Source: Lytechinus pictus
Taxonomy: Eukaryota
NCBI RefSeq assembly: GCF_037042905.1
Contig: NW_026974141.1
Coordinates: forward strand, 15,128,001 to 15,192,000
Length of the DNA stretch: 64,000 bases
Direction of reading: 5' to 3'
Both the position numbers and the translations under genes were made by a program. Below are positions 1 through 12,924 of the stretch, in pieces. Every line of letters begins with the position of its first letter. Position 1 is the first letter of the stretch. The notes under the pieces were generated by a model, which saw only the letters and a list, made by a program, of their open reading frames with translations, did not search any database and was not told the origin of the DNA.

Positions 1-366
1 AGTAAAAAAAAAAAAATGATAAAAAAGGAGGAAAATAAATAAAGAATGAAGGACATTTATAACCAATCAAAACAAAACCAGGTTTTTTTTTTGAACTAAT
101 ATAAAGTGTGCAAAAAAGTCGCAAACTCTGCAATTTAAATGAAAATCATGAATTTTATGACTGAAATTGCAGTTTACGAAAATTACAAACTTCAAGAAGT
201 TCAAGACTAACAAGTACAAACTTTGCAATGAAATGAAAATAGCAAAGTTTGCAACGAAAAAACGTAAACTTCATTCATGACTGAAGTCGTGTGATTGATC
301 AACCATACTTCACTCTTCAGTCCAGAGGCAGAGCCACCATCCTCTTCTTCCGTGACTTTATAGAGT

Positions 367-1552
367 CCCGGGGGGGGGGGGCACTTCCATTGACGAGTGG
401 ATACCATGTGTGACCATGGAGTTTCGAAAAGCACCCTAAACAAGTATTTTCCATGTTCTGAAAATGCACCCGTTATTAAAAGGGATACTCCGGGTTGAAA
501 ATATTTATAGCTAAATCAATAGAGTAAAATTCACTTAGCAAAATGCTGAAAATTTCATCAAAATCGGATAACGAGTAACAAAGTTATTGAATTTCAACGA
601 TTTGCATTATTCCGTAGAAACAGTTCTAGGCATGTCTTGTCTTTATGAATATGCATTAGGTGGGCTGATGATGTCACATCCCCACTTTCCTTTTTCTTAT
701 GTTATTACATGAAATCATAATTGTTTCATTTTTTCATAAATGTGAAAATAATGTGTCTCCATTTTTATGAAATAAGTTGCAGCAAATAATTTGCACTTAA
801 TCAGTTGTCAATACAAAATTCTTGATGTAGGATAATTTTGAATAAACCTAATTTCATATAATGAAATACAAAAGAACAAGTGGGGATATGACATCAACAG
901 CCCACCTAATGATCGAATATCATGAAGAAATGCCTCGAACTGTTTCACCGGAATAATGCATATTATCTTTGAAATTCAATAGCTTTATTTGTTATCCGAT
1001 TCTTATCAAATTTTCAGCATTTTGCTCTGTGAATTTTACTCTAGGCCTATTTATTGAGATACATGTATAAATATCTTCAGCCCGGAGCATCCCTTTAACA
1101 AGTATTGGCGTGTGAAACCCTACCCTTAACAAATAGAGTCTATTACTAACAAAACGGTACCCTTGACAAGTATTTCCTAATTTGACCCCCTAATCAAGTA
1201 CACAATATCTTGTTATGTCATGGATGTGATCATGGACATCGGCTTTACCTTTACTTTCACTTTGTTTAGTACCACCCCACCCACCTCGCTCAAATTGGAA
1301 TCTAAACACGTAGACTAGTGTTGGGGCAAAATCTACATCCATAATTTTAGCCTTTTTATACCCGCGCAAAAGGACCGTAGGTAAAAACATAGTTTTCAAG
1401 TGAAATATGTACCCTTTTTCCATTATTTCAGTGCTTTTGACACCCTTATTACGTTACATACGTAACGTGCCCTATCTTGAAAACGAGATCCTTTTTTATG
1501 AGTTTTTATTTTGGTCACACTCACACATGGTATCCACCTGTCAATGGAAGTG
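367..1552. mobile_element. Non-autonomous DNA transposon, CCCGGG-poly-G terminus family; right end eroded; interrupted by a TTAA element
   Basis: Ends CCCGGG(G)nCACTTCCATTGACGAGTGGATACCATG and CATGGTATCCACCTGTCAATGGAAGTG; homologous to 53322-53911. Confidence 0.85.
481..1094. mobile_element. Kolobok-like MITE nested in the element above
   Basis: TIR AGGGATACTCCGGG / CCCGGAGCATCCCT flanked by TTAA; the intact host copy at 53 kb has a single TTAA here. Confidence 0.8.
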
Positions 1553-1604
1553 TCAATCGATTCATGACATTATCACTGGATATTATTTGATCTAAAGTTA
1601 AACT

Positions 1605-2027
1605 AAAGACAGCAGTTTTTTAACATTATTTTTTTTTCTCCTCGTACCACCATTAGGGGGTTAACAATGCAAAATCCCCCAGGCTCATTGATTTTTGTCT
1701 TTATTTGATTAAAAAATATATAAAAAAGAACTGGACCAAAATAAAGATTCCCTTTTGGCCTGAAAAGCACCAAAACCCCCCAAAAAACAACTTAAATTTA
1801 AAAGGGGAAAAAACAGTGCCTTACTTCGGCTGTCGCGCAACTCCCACTTCCTTGGTTAATCTGAACTATATGGCATAAAATGGCAATGGATGATGGAGTC
1901 CCTGTATACAGATCGAGTTAGAAAATCGGTGAGTGGAGCAACAGAGTCAGAGTGCAGCAGAATAAATGTTGTTCCGCTGAACTCCAGCATTGGCTCCACT
2001 CTCGGATTTTCTAAGAGACCAAAGCTT
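1605..2027 (-). mobile_element. Degenerate copy of the TAG...CTA element family found at 12925-15390
   Basis: Shares CCACCATTAGGGG, CTTACTTCGGCTGTCGCGCAA, GAGTCCCTGTA and GAGACCAAAGCTTTT blocks. Confidence 0.75.
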
Positions 2028-2728
2028 TTTGTGAAACCTTTTTTAAAGTTAAATGGGAGCTGAATCAGCCCTTTTTTTTTAGTCTCTTGACTTGAGGGTT
2101 AACTTTGAAGATCATGTTTGGTCATTACAAGTAAGCCCACGATCATGATTTGAGAAATACAAAGGCCGATGATTCTGAAGTAAGCCCAAGATTCGCACGA
2201 TCATGTTGAATCTAACAGTTAGTTCTCGCAACAGGTCTCCCAATTCCGAGCATGTACGTCGTAGCCGACGCGACGGAGGAGCTGATCTGAGCGGCAACCC
2301 AAGGCAGCAGCAGCGCAGTCCAGCCTCGGCCGATCGAGTTTCCGTGATGAGGCGTGAGTGGTGCGACTACTAATTTTTACTTTTTACTGAAGGAAATATT
2401 AAAGTTCTTAAATCATGATATGTCTTATACACCTCACAACTAGCATCTTATGAGTATTATCTACAGTCAAATAAGATAAATACGATGAATACGAGTTTAC
2501 TACCAAACTTACATGTTCTTTTGACTTGACTCTCGGCTCGGATCGCGCAAAACTCTTCGAAGACTCAGCTCAGCATAGCACGCGCGGTATATATCACATC
2601 GATCACAACAAACAACAAGGAACGGCGTAGAGGTCGTTATCAGCTTTCCGATTTACACATCAAATAAGGCTCAAATTTTTGGGGTCCTAAAAAATATTTT
2701 CAAATTCTGAAAATTACTTTGTCATCGC

Positions 2729-2883
2729 CCCGGGGGGGCCACTTCCATTGACGAGTGGATACCATGCGCAACCATGGGGTCTCGAAAAGCACCCTAAACA
2801 CTAGACCAAAAGCTTCGGTCTCTTATGTTGGTTGTTCAGCTGAACTCCGTTGGCTTCACTCATTGTAAGTGCCCCCCCCCGGG
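2729..2883. mobile_element. Short chimeric CCCGGG-family MITE with target duplication GTCATCGC
   Basis: Both termini present; interior replaced by the left end of the TAG...CTA element (2802-2862). Confidence 0.8.
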
Positions 2884-3012
2884 GTCATCGCCTTAAGCAG
2901 TCAAACACCAGCATAAAAAAAATACACTGACGCCCCCCCCCCAGCAGCAAACATCACACTTAAAATGTACCCATCACTCCTTGCTAAACATCCAAACATA
3001 TCCTACTTCTCT

Positions 3013-3543
3013 CCCGGGGAGGGGCACTCGACCAAAAAAGTAGTGGGTATGTGCCGCGGGCGAGACAAAAAACGGGGGCCTTGGAGCGGGCTTATTGTAA
3101 AAAGCAGGGTCCTCTGAACGGGCTTCGGAACGACAAATGTTTGTGAAAACGGGGGTCCTTGGAACGGGTCACCTGTGTTGATTGCGTATTCATCCCTATG
3201 GAACGGGCATACGTGCATGCAGCTAGCCCGGTGGCACGGGCGCCGGGTGCGCTAGCGCAGATGCGATGGTCGGACAGCGCTCTGCGGCCGCTTTTCACCA
3301 AAATTGCGGCTCATTGTAGCATATCGGAACGTCGTAACGGAAAATATGCGAAGCTTTGGAGCGGATTTCTTTCTTCATTTTTCTCGATAAGATCTATGCT
3401 TTGAAGCGGCTTTCTTTGTTTTTTTTCTCAATAAGACAAAAATGCTATGCCTTGCAACGGAAATTTGAGTGTAAAAATGGGGGTCCCCTCTGCGGCACAT
3501 ACCCACTATGCATTATATACTGAGTGCCCCCCCCCCCCCCGGG
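3013..3543. mobile_element. Second CCCGGG-terminus MITE family
   Basis: TIR CCCGGGG..GCACTC..AGTGGGTATGTGCCGC / GCGGCACATACCCACT..GAGTGC(C)nGGG; CTTCTCT on both flanks. Confidence 0.8.
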
Positions 3544-4900
3544 CTTCTCTCTCCCCCTCTCACTTTCCCTTATCTTTTGAAAGCTCCTTGTTTTTACATC
3601 TCCCACTGGTGTACAGAGGGGGGGGGGGGCATGGACCCTGACTTCCATGACGAGTCTTTCCAGCCCCCCCTAATTTTCACGTCTTGTACCCCCCTCCCAT
3701 TTTACGCTTGATTGATTTATCTCTTTTTCATTAAATTCAGCTGTTTGATAAGATGTACTTCTCTTACTGTCCTTAGAAGTTGCACTCACAAACCAGAATA
3801 AAGCTTGCAGCACAAACTTCCAGCAAACATAAATCATACATTATCTATATGTCTTTTGTATTTAACATTTCAAAAACATATATGCAAGAACGATTAGGAC
3901 AAATACATTTAATACAATGAACTCAAACTAGAAAATTGATATTTTTTAAAAGTATTTCATACTATACATGTAAATATTTTCCTTATTATAGCGATACAAG
4001 TTCAATGACTTAATAATACATATCATCTCTTTATAAATATAAATCTTTCTCACTTTCAGCAGTGCACTTTTAAACTACAAGTATTGTAATCTTTCTAATG
4101 ATTAAATTTTTTTTTAATGTGATCACTTAAAAAAGTAATTACCAAAGCTAATTTCAAGGCTAGCTCTTTGAAGTTAGTTCCCTTTCGGGTTTCTTCAAAT
4201 AGAATTAATAAATTCATGAAACAGTCCAAAGGCTCATTAATGCTGTAACCTTAGTTACAAGTACGTTATCTGAGATCTGTTATTAATGCAGAAAATCCAC
4301 TTTTGATTTTCAGACTATATATTTGAAATAGCTTTGTGAATTTGCACCCTAGGCCTATGTATGATATGTCCTTCTTGGGAAGTCTGCATAATTTATAGCA
4401 ATATAATAGCAATGAAATTTTGCATGTTCACTCATACAATTGCAATTAATTTCTATTTTCTTTGTGCAATAAAGAATCAAAATTCATGTTCTACAGCCCA
4501 GCTTTCTTCATATGGAATATCATAATGCATTTTACACCAATGCGTTAGTTTTTCATTATAGACTACATTTTTTTTCAGCTGTAAATTCCACATCAGTAAC
4601 ATCATATAAAATGATTAGATTCATCAAGTTCATATAAAATCATAATTTACAAAGGCAACCATGACTAAATATTTACAGAATAACTTTCAACAGACCACAT
4701 ATGAGGAAAGAAGGAATTTAACGGATATAAATAAAATGAATGAATAATAAATTTCACAAACAGTAATAAGAGTAAAATCCTCAAAAATAAATCTTCAACC
4801 TCCACTAATTGAGTCCACCACACATTATTTTCTTAACTGGTGAGGAAAACCACTTATGATCTCTTCAAAGACCACTTCGAGCATTCCCATTACACGTTAA

Positions 4901-5499
4901 AGGTCAAGTCCACCCCAGGAAAATGCTGACTTGAATAAATAGAGAAAAATCAAACTAGCATAGTGCTGAAAATTTCATCAAAATCGGATGTAAAATAAGA
5001 AAACTTAGAAAGTTATGACATTTTAAAGTTTCGCTTATTTTTCACAAATCAGTGATATGCACAACTAGGTGAGTCAGTCGATGATTACCATCACTCACTA
5101 TTTCTTTTGTTTTTTATTGTTTGAATAATACAATATTTCATTTTTTTATATAGATTTGACAACAAGGACCAACTTGACTGAACCATATAGTATTAAACAA
5201 TGGTAATTCCACATGTTCAGGGAGGAATAATCATTGTATCACTTGACAATGAGGAGAAAAGAAGAGTATTTCATATTTCATATAATAAAATACAAAAGAA
5301 ATAGTGAGTGGATGACATCATAGTCTCCTCATTTGCATACCAGCCAGGATGTGCCTATAACTGTTTTGTGAAATTAAGCGAAACTTTAAAATATAACTTT
5401 CCTATTTTACAACTGATTTTGATGAAATTTTAATTGTTATGCTTGTTGGATTTTTTTCTTTTTATTCAAATCAACTTTTTGTTGGGGTGGACTTGTCCT
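4901..5499. mobile_element. Kolobok-like MITE (AGGTCAAGTCCACCCC family)
   Basis: TTAA|AGGTCAAGTCCACCCC...GGGGTGGACTTGTCCT|TTAA; sister copies at 9447-10030 and 23614-24220. Confidence 0.85.
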
Positions 5500-6725
5500 T
5501 TAACAGTTTCCATTAAACTAGTTTTAGGAATGAAATGAGAACAGGGTCTTAGAAGATGTGGAATGAGATCAAATGCAAAGTAGACTGAGATTTGGCATTT
5601 CTGTATCTCAATAGATCTTTTAAATAGGATAAGGGTAACATTGAGTTGAATGATTCTTGAAAGATTCTTCAGGATTATCAACTGAAAGAGTACAAACAAA
5701 ACGAAAGAAAACAGATCCTTATATCGCATCAAGAGCTAATGTATGACATGTTTTTATGATTAACATTCTTTGCTTTAATAAGATCGAAACCTGGATGCTG
5801 CTTCATGAAAAAGTTAGGCATATCTCACATCATGAACTAGTATCTAATACCATTCCATTCTCTCATATTAACAAACCTTGTGGAATCACTTAGAGATCTG
5901 AAGTCTACTTCATAAAGAGTTCAATGTGACTCTAGGTGGATGCTACACATGGTGTGTAATTCCTTGTAGTTTTTAATAGCAAACCAATTTACTTTAAAAA
6001 AAAAAGAGGTCTCAAAATAAAATCTTTTTATTATTTTTTTCAATGTTCAATAACATCAGAACCACGTAGCCTGGCATCACAAAACTTGTGCAAAACTCGA
6101 AGTACAGTCATTAAACATAACGGTGAGAGCTTTTTGTGAAACCTTTTTTAAAAGTTAAAAGGGAGCTGAATCAGCCCTTAGTCTCTTGAGGGTAAACTTA
6201 GAAGATCATGTTTGGTCATTACAAGCTCATTGCTACTTTCATTTAATAGAGCCATGGAGCCCTTGCAAAAAGAATTGTAATCAAACATTATAAACATCAA
6301 ATGCAACTTGATCTTTAACCAATCACAAGCGAGTATCCGAGACTTGCATTTGATTTTCTTAGTTGCATTTAAATGCTTATTAATCTGCAACAGGCCCCCC
6401 GTTTCATTTTGGAAACTCTTCTCTCTCCCAAGAATTGAAAACATCTCTTGCAAGTTAGCATCAGTCTTATCATGATTTTGTTATTGATTACTAAGTCTGT
6501 GCTCTCCCAATAAAAAGCTGAAAGCAGATTCCATAAGGTAACAACTTTTTTGTGTGACTGGTCCTATTTTTCTCCATTCTTTCTTCACTTGAAAAACCAC
6601 TCATGCTATGATAATTTGAGAGCATTACATCTTTTCATATAACCTACAAAACAGAGCTGAAACATTTCAGGAAACTCTCACATATAGTGGGTCACAGGTG
6701 AGGATCCAGCCAACTAAGGCCCACA

Positions 6726-7390
6726 TCCCACAAAAAGGGAGACCTTTGAAGGACCTTTGAAACACCAAAAATTGGCAAGGTCTTACAAGTCTCCAAGATC
6801 ACTGAAATTTGTCATCTCTGTGGAATGGCTCTGAAAGACCCTCAAAGTACTCCAAAAAAGTGATTGGTACTTCTTGTCTTACTGGGCTTAGACTAGTCCT
6901 ATAAAGATCTTTCAATGGCCTTTCAGAGATCTTTTATGCAACAAGTGATCTTTCAAGATTCTTTCAATGGACTTTACCTGGACTTTCACTTCTTTCAGTG
7001 ATCTTTCAATGATCTTTCTAGGATCTCTCATGAGTCTTTCAGCAATCTCCACAAAAAAGAGACTGTCAAAAGATCATGGAAAGACTAATTTGAACTTTGA
7101 AAGTTCATCAAGAGACCACTGAAAGACTGCTGAAAGAGCATCAAAAGACCATTTTCCTGAAAGACCGTTGAGAGAGCATCAAAAGACAATTTTCCTGAAA
7201 GGCTGCAAAAAGACTCTTTTGAAGCATTTCAAACAGTTTTGGAGATCATGGACACCACTGAAAGATCAATCAGGAAGCGTGGAAGACCTGAGAGATCTTT
7301 GAAATTTTATTGAAAGACCTTTGATAGATCAAGCAAGTTTCTTGGTCTTACAGCAGTCGTTCAGAGGTCTTGCAAAGCTCTCTGTGGAAT
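6726..7390. mobile_element. Foldback-like element built of GATCTTTCA / TGAAAGA(T)C subrepeats
   Basis: Left half is rich in GATCTTTCA, right half in its reverse complement; imperfect ends ATCCCACAAA / TCTGTGGAAT. Confidence 0.55.
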
Positions 7391-7631
7391 AGGGGTTTTA
7401 GACATAACAGTTTTGAGAGGCCCACTATTGTATAAAAACAATATGACCCCTGAAATGTGTCTAATTCGGCTGGATCTGTGCCTGGTGGGTCAGACATACA
7501 TACTGTTGAAAGTATCTGAAGTTTCTGACTTCTATATTCTTTCCTAAAATTGTCCATCCTTGCTCAGCGAAAGCATTTGAAGGATGCCGCTCTGAAAGGC
7601 TGTGTAAAGTCCATTTGCTTCCTGGTATTTT

Positions 7632-7759
7632 CTATTCTCTCCGAAGGTTATCAAGTCTAGCTTGAAGATCAGCGTCAGCATCACCTACTCCTTCAGCAAC
7701 GGGTACCTTACCGGATTCCTTGTTCTTGGTATTGAGGGCTCCTCCTGTGGTCGGGATAC
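7632..7759 (-). CDS. CHMP2A: CHMP2A last coding exon
   Basis: tag|GT ATC CCG; encodes IPTTGGALN...DADLQARLDNLRRE, TAG stop at 7632-7634. Confidence 0.95.
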
Positions 7760-10700
7760 CTACAATGTACAATGTCAATAGAGATTTCGTTATCATCATG
7801 GATATCTTTATTATACACAGAATGTGTTGTTATATACAGGAGACTGCTCAACCATTTTACAAACAACTGGAACATCTTCTTAGGCGCTAAGTCATTTGCA
7901 TGGGGATATGTCATTAAGCACAAGTAAAGTAAAGTAATCAAACCTGCAAACAGCTTTAAAAATGGCTTCCTGGTGGGTGTTTCATAATGCTGTTCCTAAG
8001 TTACTTTATGAATAACTGATGAACTTTTCTTATGGTAAATGATATAAACCAGATTTTCAATGGTGTTGATTTGGCTCCTACGAAAGGGTCACCAGTCGAG
8101 CATAAAGTCATAGCAGCATAATGAAATGGTCCCTAGATATATATTAAGAGTTTCTTACCAACTAGATCATCTGATAATGACAGACCCAGTTCATCAAGGA
8201 CTTGAGACACAATGGCATCACTGAAGAAAAGAGAGAGAATTACTTTAATGAATGCATTTTAAAAGCATATAGATATTTAAACCCAATCAAAGGTGTTTGA
8301 AAGCACAAGGTTTTGATTGCAATTGCATATTCATTTGGCGGGATTGTCGAGTTAAAAGTGCTTCAATTTTTAGTATACAAATATAACATTATAAACCTGA
8401 ATTAGCAAAATAAACATACATCATTGCTGCCTACAGTAAGAGTTATTGTACACCCCTTGTATTAAGACAAATAAAGAAATGACACATATGTACTCATGTC
8501 TAATTATACTTTACTTTCATTAAACAAATTAAAATTTATGTTATTCATGTAATATTGTCTTTAAAATATTGTCCAGTTGGAACACTACGGCCCATTTTAC
8601 AAAGTTTTGTGATTGATTCTATCAATCACAACCAATCATAAACCAAATTTGTGGAAAGTGGTCATTTGATACAGTCGGTCTTTAACCCTATCTAGGCCGG
8701 GGGGCGGGGGGCCTCGGAGACCCCCCCTCAACGATTCGCGCAATATTTTCGCCGCGCGAAATTTTTTGACCGCGCCGCTCGCTGACTTTTTACTTTCAAG
8801 TCTTGCGCAACTTTTGAGACCAATTTTGCATCAGCCGGGTTCGTGGTTCCGAAATTACGCAACATTATGTAAGTGCATGTCAGACCAAAAATTGCTCAAA
8901 AACGTGATTTTGTGTACAAAGTCAATGCAAATTGTGTTTTCAACCAAAAATCATATATGTATGATTATTTTTAGTTTTGCTGGTCTAAATGTATTTATTT
9001 TATTTCTTTTTATGATCTCAGAAGAGTCCCCAACAAATTTCATCGAAAAAACAATGAAAAAAAAAAGGCAAAAAAAAACAATGAAATACATAAGAAATTG
9101 CAAAAAACAATATAATACATAAGAAAATGATTTGATATCGCAAATTTGTTCATGTACACTTGCTAAGAACACCTCAAAGAGTTTCTATACCAAAAATTAG
9201 AATATTTGGAGCTTTATTTAGGGAGTTACAGGAAAAAGTATGATTTTGCATACTAATTACGCATAAATTAGCATAATCACTTAATAGCAATTCGTATGTC
9301 AAAAATTACTATACAATTTTGTAGATTATGTCCCAGACAACCCCCGTGCCAATTTTCGACGGCTGAGATCTAAAGGGGGGCCTGGGAGTCCCCCCCCCCC
9401 CCTGGCCATATGAACTCCCAAAATACCCCGGCCTAGATAGGGTTAGAGGACAAGTCCACCCCAACAAAACGTTGATTTGAATAAAAAGAGAAAAATCCAA
9501 CAAGCACAACACTGAAAATTTCATCAAAATCGGATGTAAAATAAGAAAGTTATGACATTTTTAAATTTCGCTTAATTTCACAAAATAGTTAAATGCACAT
9601 CCCAGTCGGTATGCAAATGAAGGAACTGATGACATCACTCACTCACTATTTCCTTTGTATTTCATTATATGAAATATGAAATACTTTATTAATTTTCTCC
9701 TCATTGTCCTGAGAAACAAAGTTTTATTTTGCCCTGATCATGGGGAACTACTATTGTTTAACATTTTATGGTTCAGTCAAGTTGGTCCTTATTGTCAAAT
9801 GTGTAAAAATTGAAATATTGTATAATTCAAACAATAAAAAACAAAATAAATAGTGAGGGACATTATGTAACTAAATTGTGCATTTAACTCTTTTGCAAAA
9901 AATAAGCGAAACTTTAAAATGTCATTACTTTCTTATTTTTCATCCAATTTTGATGAAATTTTCAGCATTATGCTTCTCTGATTTTTCTCTATTGATTCAA
10001 ATCAACATTTTTCTGCGGTGGACTTGACCTTTTACATGAGTGTAAAATGTTTTAGTATCTCACCTCTCTTCTTCATCTTGATCTCCTTCCATGACATCAT
10101 CAATTGCATCATTCATCATTTCTTCCTTCATATCCATGATCTCTGATTCTCGTTCAAACTCCCTCATTATCTTCTCTATCTGAGGCAATTTCATCTGTTT
10201 CAAGAAAATATTAAAATCTCATTTTAGTTTAAAATTGTACAATTTTCATGGAATAAACGATGCATCTGGTTTGATAGAAACATACCAATGACAGCTTTTA
10301 GCAAATTTATTTTAGGATGATAATATAATAATAATAAATAATAATAATAACGGTATATTTACGCAGGGGAGCCACTTCAGTTCCAAAAACGGTTCTCCCA
10401 GCGGGCCCTGCTATTATTATTACCCGGCTGAGCTAGGCTTCCGATTCAGGTGCTGCTACAGCAGCTCCCCTAGATATGTTATGTAATATTAATTTCATAT
10501 AAACTAACATTTCTTCAAAGAGTTTGAAATCATTTTCTTGTGCAAATACATTATCACATACGTTTTCTTGCATCTATGATGCATCTATGATGGGAATTAA
10601 TTCCATCAATAACAATTAACATAGCAATATTTTTCAGCTGCTTGCGTTTGACATAAAAAATTTTAATCTAAAAAAAAAGATCGTAACTAAGTTCATCTTT

Positions 10701-12211
10701 GAGGGATTTTCATCAAACTTTCTGAAATACAGGTAATCATGCATCAAAGCTGACCTTCTATTAGTCAAAGCAATTTCAAGACAAGAATAAACAAAACATG
10801 TGTTATATGCTTCTTCTAAGTCAAAATGTCAAAGACATTATTGTGCTCTAATATAAGTTTTTTCTATTATTTCTGCTTTTATTTAAAGGGGAAGTTCACC
10901 TGGTTGCTTTTAATTAAATCAGAAAAATGGAGATGAATATTGGCATAGGTTTGATGAAAATAGATCAAAACACATAGAGTTATGATTTTTTTTTTTTTTT
11001 TGACTGCTGATGTCATATGCTAGCAGCTCTCCCATAAATCATGTAATAAAAATTCCATAAAATCAATTTCTTAAATATATGATGAATACAAATATTTTCT
11101 TATAGAAGAGGGTATGAAATGATGTGTTTAATGGTACATCCTCTGCACAAATAATATCGCTTTACACATTTCTGAAAAAATGTTTTGTTTTTATTTTCAT
11201 ATGAAGGAGCCCCTCATCTGTGACGTCACTAAATCAAATGATAATTCATAATTCTCATATTCTTTGATGAATTTTCACCAAACCTACACCAGCATTTTTA
11301 TAAATTTTCCTGCTCTTATTGAAACGAACTTATTGTCAGAGTGAACTTCTCCTTTAACTTGATCATACCTTAGAATTCATTGTTTTTAATGCCTTGGAGA
11401 CACCTTTCATAGCGTTAGCCATAGCACTTTGGGATCGTAACGTCTGTACTTTCAATGCCACTGCCTGGATGTTTGCTTTCATCAAGATAAATCTTTTGAC
11501 AAAGTTCCTTGTTCTCACTAAATCCTTAGCCATGATCTTCACTGCATCCTGATGACAATTCAGATTTTTTTTTGAAAGAGAAAAGTTTGCAAAAATTCAG
11601 ATAAATGAGAAAATCTTACATGTGCATGATTTGTTGGCTAGATTAAAAGAAGATAAAGGATACACTATTAGTGCTGTAATCCATTATGAGGTTACATCTA
11701 CTTTTCAGAATGAACGATTCGATTCTGGACAACAAACAACAATAGCATATTTTGAGAATAGTGACAAAAGTTCCCCAAATTGTATTCCATTTCTTAACAT
11801 TTGGAATACCATATTGGAAAATATTTTTAGAAAAAATTTAATAAACTTTATCAAACTTATGATATTCACTTTTTACAGTATTTTGTATTTAAAATATGTT
11901 GAACAGAAAACTTGCGTTTTCAATGAGATTCTGGGAATTCCCAGAATTCAACGATTTTTTTTCCCATTTTCTGTATCGCTGAAAATTTGGGACTAATCAT
12001 TTTTTTTATGGAAGAGGAATAGAGGATCTTTATTGTTTCTTACCATCTGGCCTAGCTTTGCCATCTTTTTGATATCAGCTATAACCTTCTTCTCCTGTTG
12101 CTCCATACGAGTCCTCTCTCTGTCTAATTCTCGTATCGTTTTATTCAAAGCTCTCTGGTTCTGCTTCAGCATCTGCTCCGGCGTCTTTCTTTTCCCAAAC
12201 AAAGCCTGCAT
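7632..12211 (-). CDS. CHMP2A: Charged multivesicular body protein 2a (ESCRT-III), spliced, 222 aa
   Basis: Coding exons 12044-12211, 11369-11548, 10064-10194, 8159-8220, 7632-7759 total 669 nt; all introns GT-AG with matching phase. Protein MQALFGKRKTPEQMLKQNQRALNK...DAVKIMAKDLVRTR...MKLPQIEKIMREFERESEIMDMKEEMMNDAIDD...DADLQARLDNLRRE* matches the CHMP2A/Vps2 pattern, including the C-terminal MIM1 helix. Confidence 0.97.
8159..8220 (-). CDS. CHMP2A: CHMP2A coding exon 4
   Basis: cag|T...G|gtaaga; encodes DAIVSQVLDELGLSLSDDLV. Confidence 0.95.
8686..9442. mobile_element. piggyBac-like MITE in CHMP2A intron
   Basis: TTAA|CCCTATCTAGGCCGGGG...CCCCGGCCTAGATAGGG|TTAG; perfect 17-bp TIR. Confidence 0.85.
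9447..10030. mobile_element. Kolobok-like MITE abutting the piggyBac-like MITE
   Basis: AGGACAAGTCCACCCC...GGTGGACTTGACCT; homologous to 4901-5499. Confidence 0.85.
10064..10194 (-). CDS. CHMP2A: CHMP2A coding exon 3
   Basis: cag|ATG...AG|gtgaga; encodes MKLPQIEKIMREFERESEIMDMKEEMMNDAIDDVMEGDQDEEE. Confidence 0.95.
10887..11353. mobile_element. Older Kolobok-like MITE
   Basis: TTAA|AGGGGAAGTTCAC...GTGAACTTCTCCT|TTAA. Confidence 0.7.
11369..11548 (-). CDS. CHMP2A: CHMP2A coding exon 2
   Basis: cag|GAT...AAG|gtatga; encodes DAVKIMAKDLVRTRNFVKRFILMKANIQAVALKVQTLRSQSAMANAMKGVSKALKTMNSK. Confidence 0.95.
12044..12211 (-). CDS. CHMP2A: CHMP2A coding exon 1 (exon extends to acceptor at 12296)
   Basis: ATG at 12211; donor ATG|gtaaga at 12043. 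Confidence 0.95.
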
Positions 12212-12587
12212 GATGACGGCTTCTCGTTGTTATGTCACTGGAATTTGGGATCTCTTTTTGTATGAGTCTATCTGCTTGGTATGACTGTTTGGTCACCTAC
12301 ATTACAAGCAAAAAGAGAAAACACAGGTGACGCATACTACGAACTACAATTGCAACACAGGTACCAGGGCACTCACACAAGCATGCAAGGTTAGTTATAC
12401 TAACCTCGCACAACGCATGTCATTTCATAATGAATTTTGACGTTTTCATTCATCACACGAATGTGAGAGAATGAAACACGCCAAAATCTTCACAATATAC
12501 TAAATTTATTAATCTAAATCTTATTATTTAATTTAATTTTTAAAATGTGCTCGAGCGTATTTATAAAAAGGGATTTTAAACGCTTAC

Positions 12588-12915
12588 CTCCAAATCTCAG
12601 CCAAGACACTCCGTCCGATCCTTAATACTGCGGTGGAAATTACGCAAACAACAATCAAAATGCAAATTTTTCCTATCGAACAGTCTAGATTCAAGTCGTC
12701 GGCGCATAATAGGAAATTGTACCAAAAAAATCAACAGGTTGCATCTCACGTATAATCGCTGATGGCGCTACATCATAAAATAACGCTGAACAGCGAAAAA
12801 AAATGTGGAGCGCCTAGAACGCAACCAGCAGTACAGCATATCTGACGTAAACAAGCAAGTTTATCAAATAATATCGCGCGCCCTCTCTGTGCGTAAAGAG
12901 AAAACCAGCGAATTA
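12588..12915 (-). promoter_or_regulatory. Probable CHMP2A non-coding first exon and promoter
   Basis: Strong donor GAG|gtaagc at 12587; CpG-richer region with GATGGCG (YY1-like, about 12761) and TGACGTAA (CRE-like, 12842). Start site not determinable. Confidence 0.55.
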
Positions 12916-12924
12916 GCTCCATGC

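Noticed and set aside
11622-11996. 124-aa plus-strand ORF
   Set aside because: AT-rich antisense frame in a CHMP2A intron, non-ATG start, no motif.
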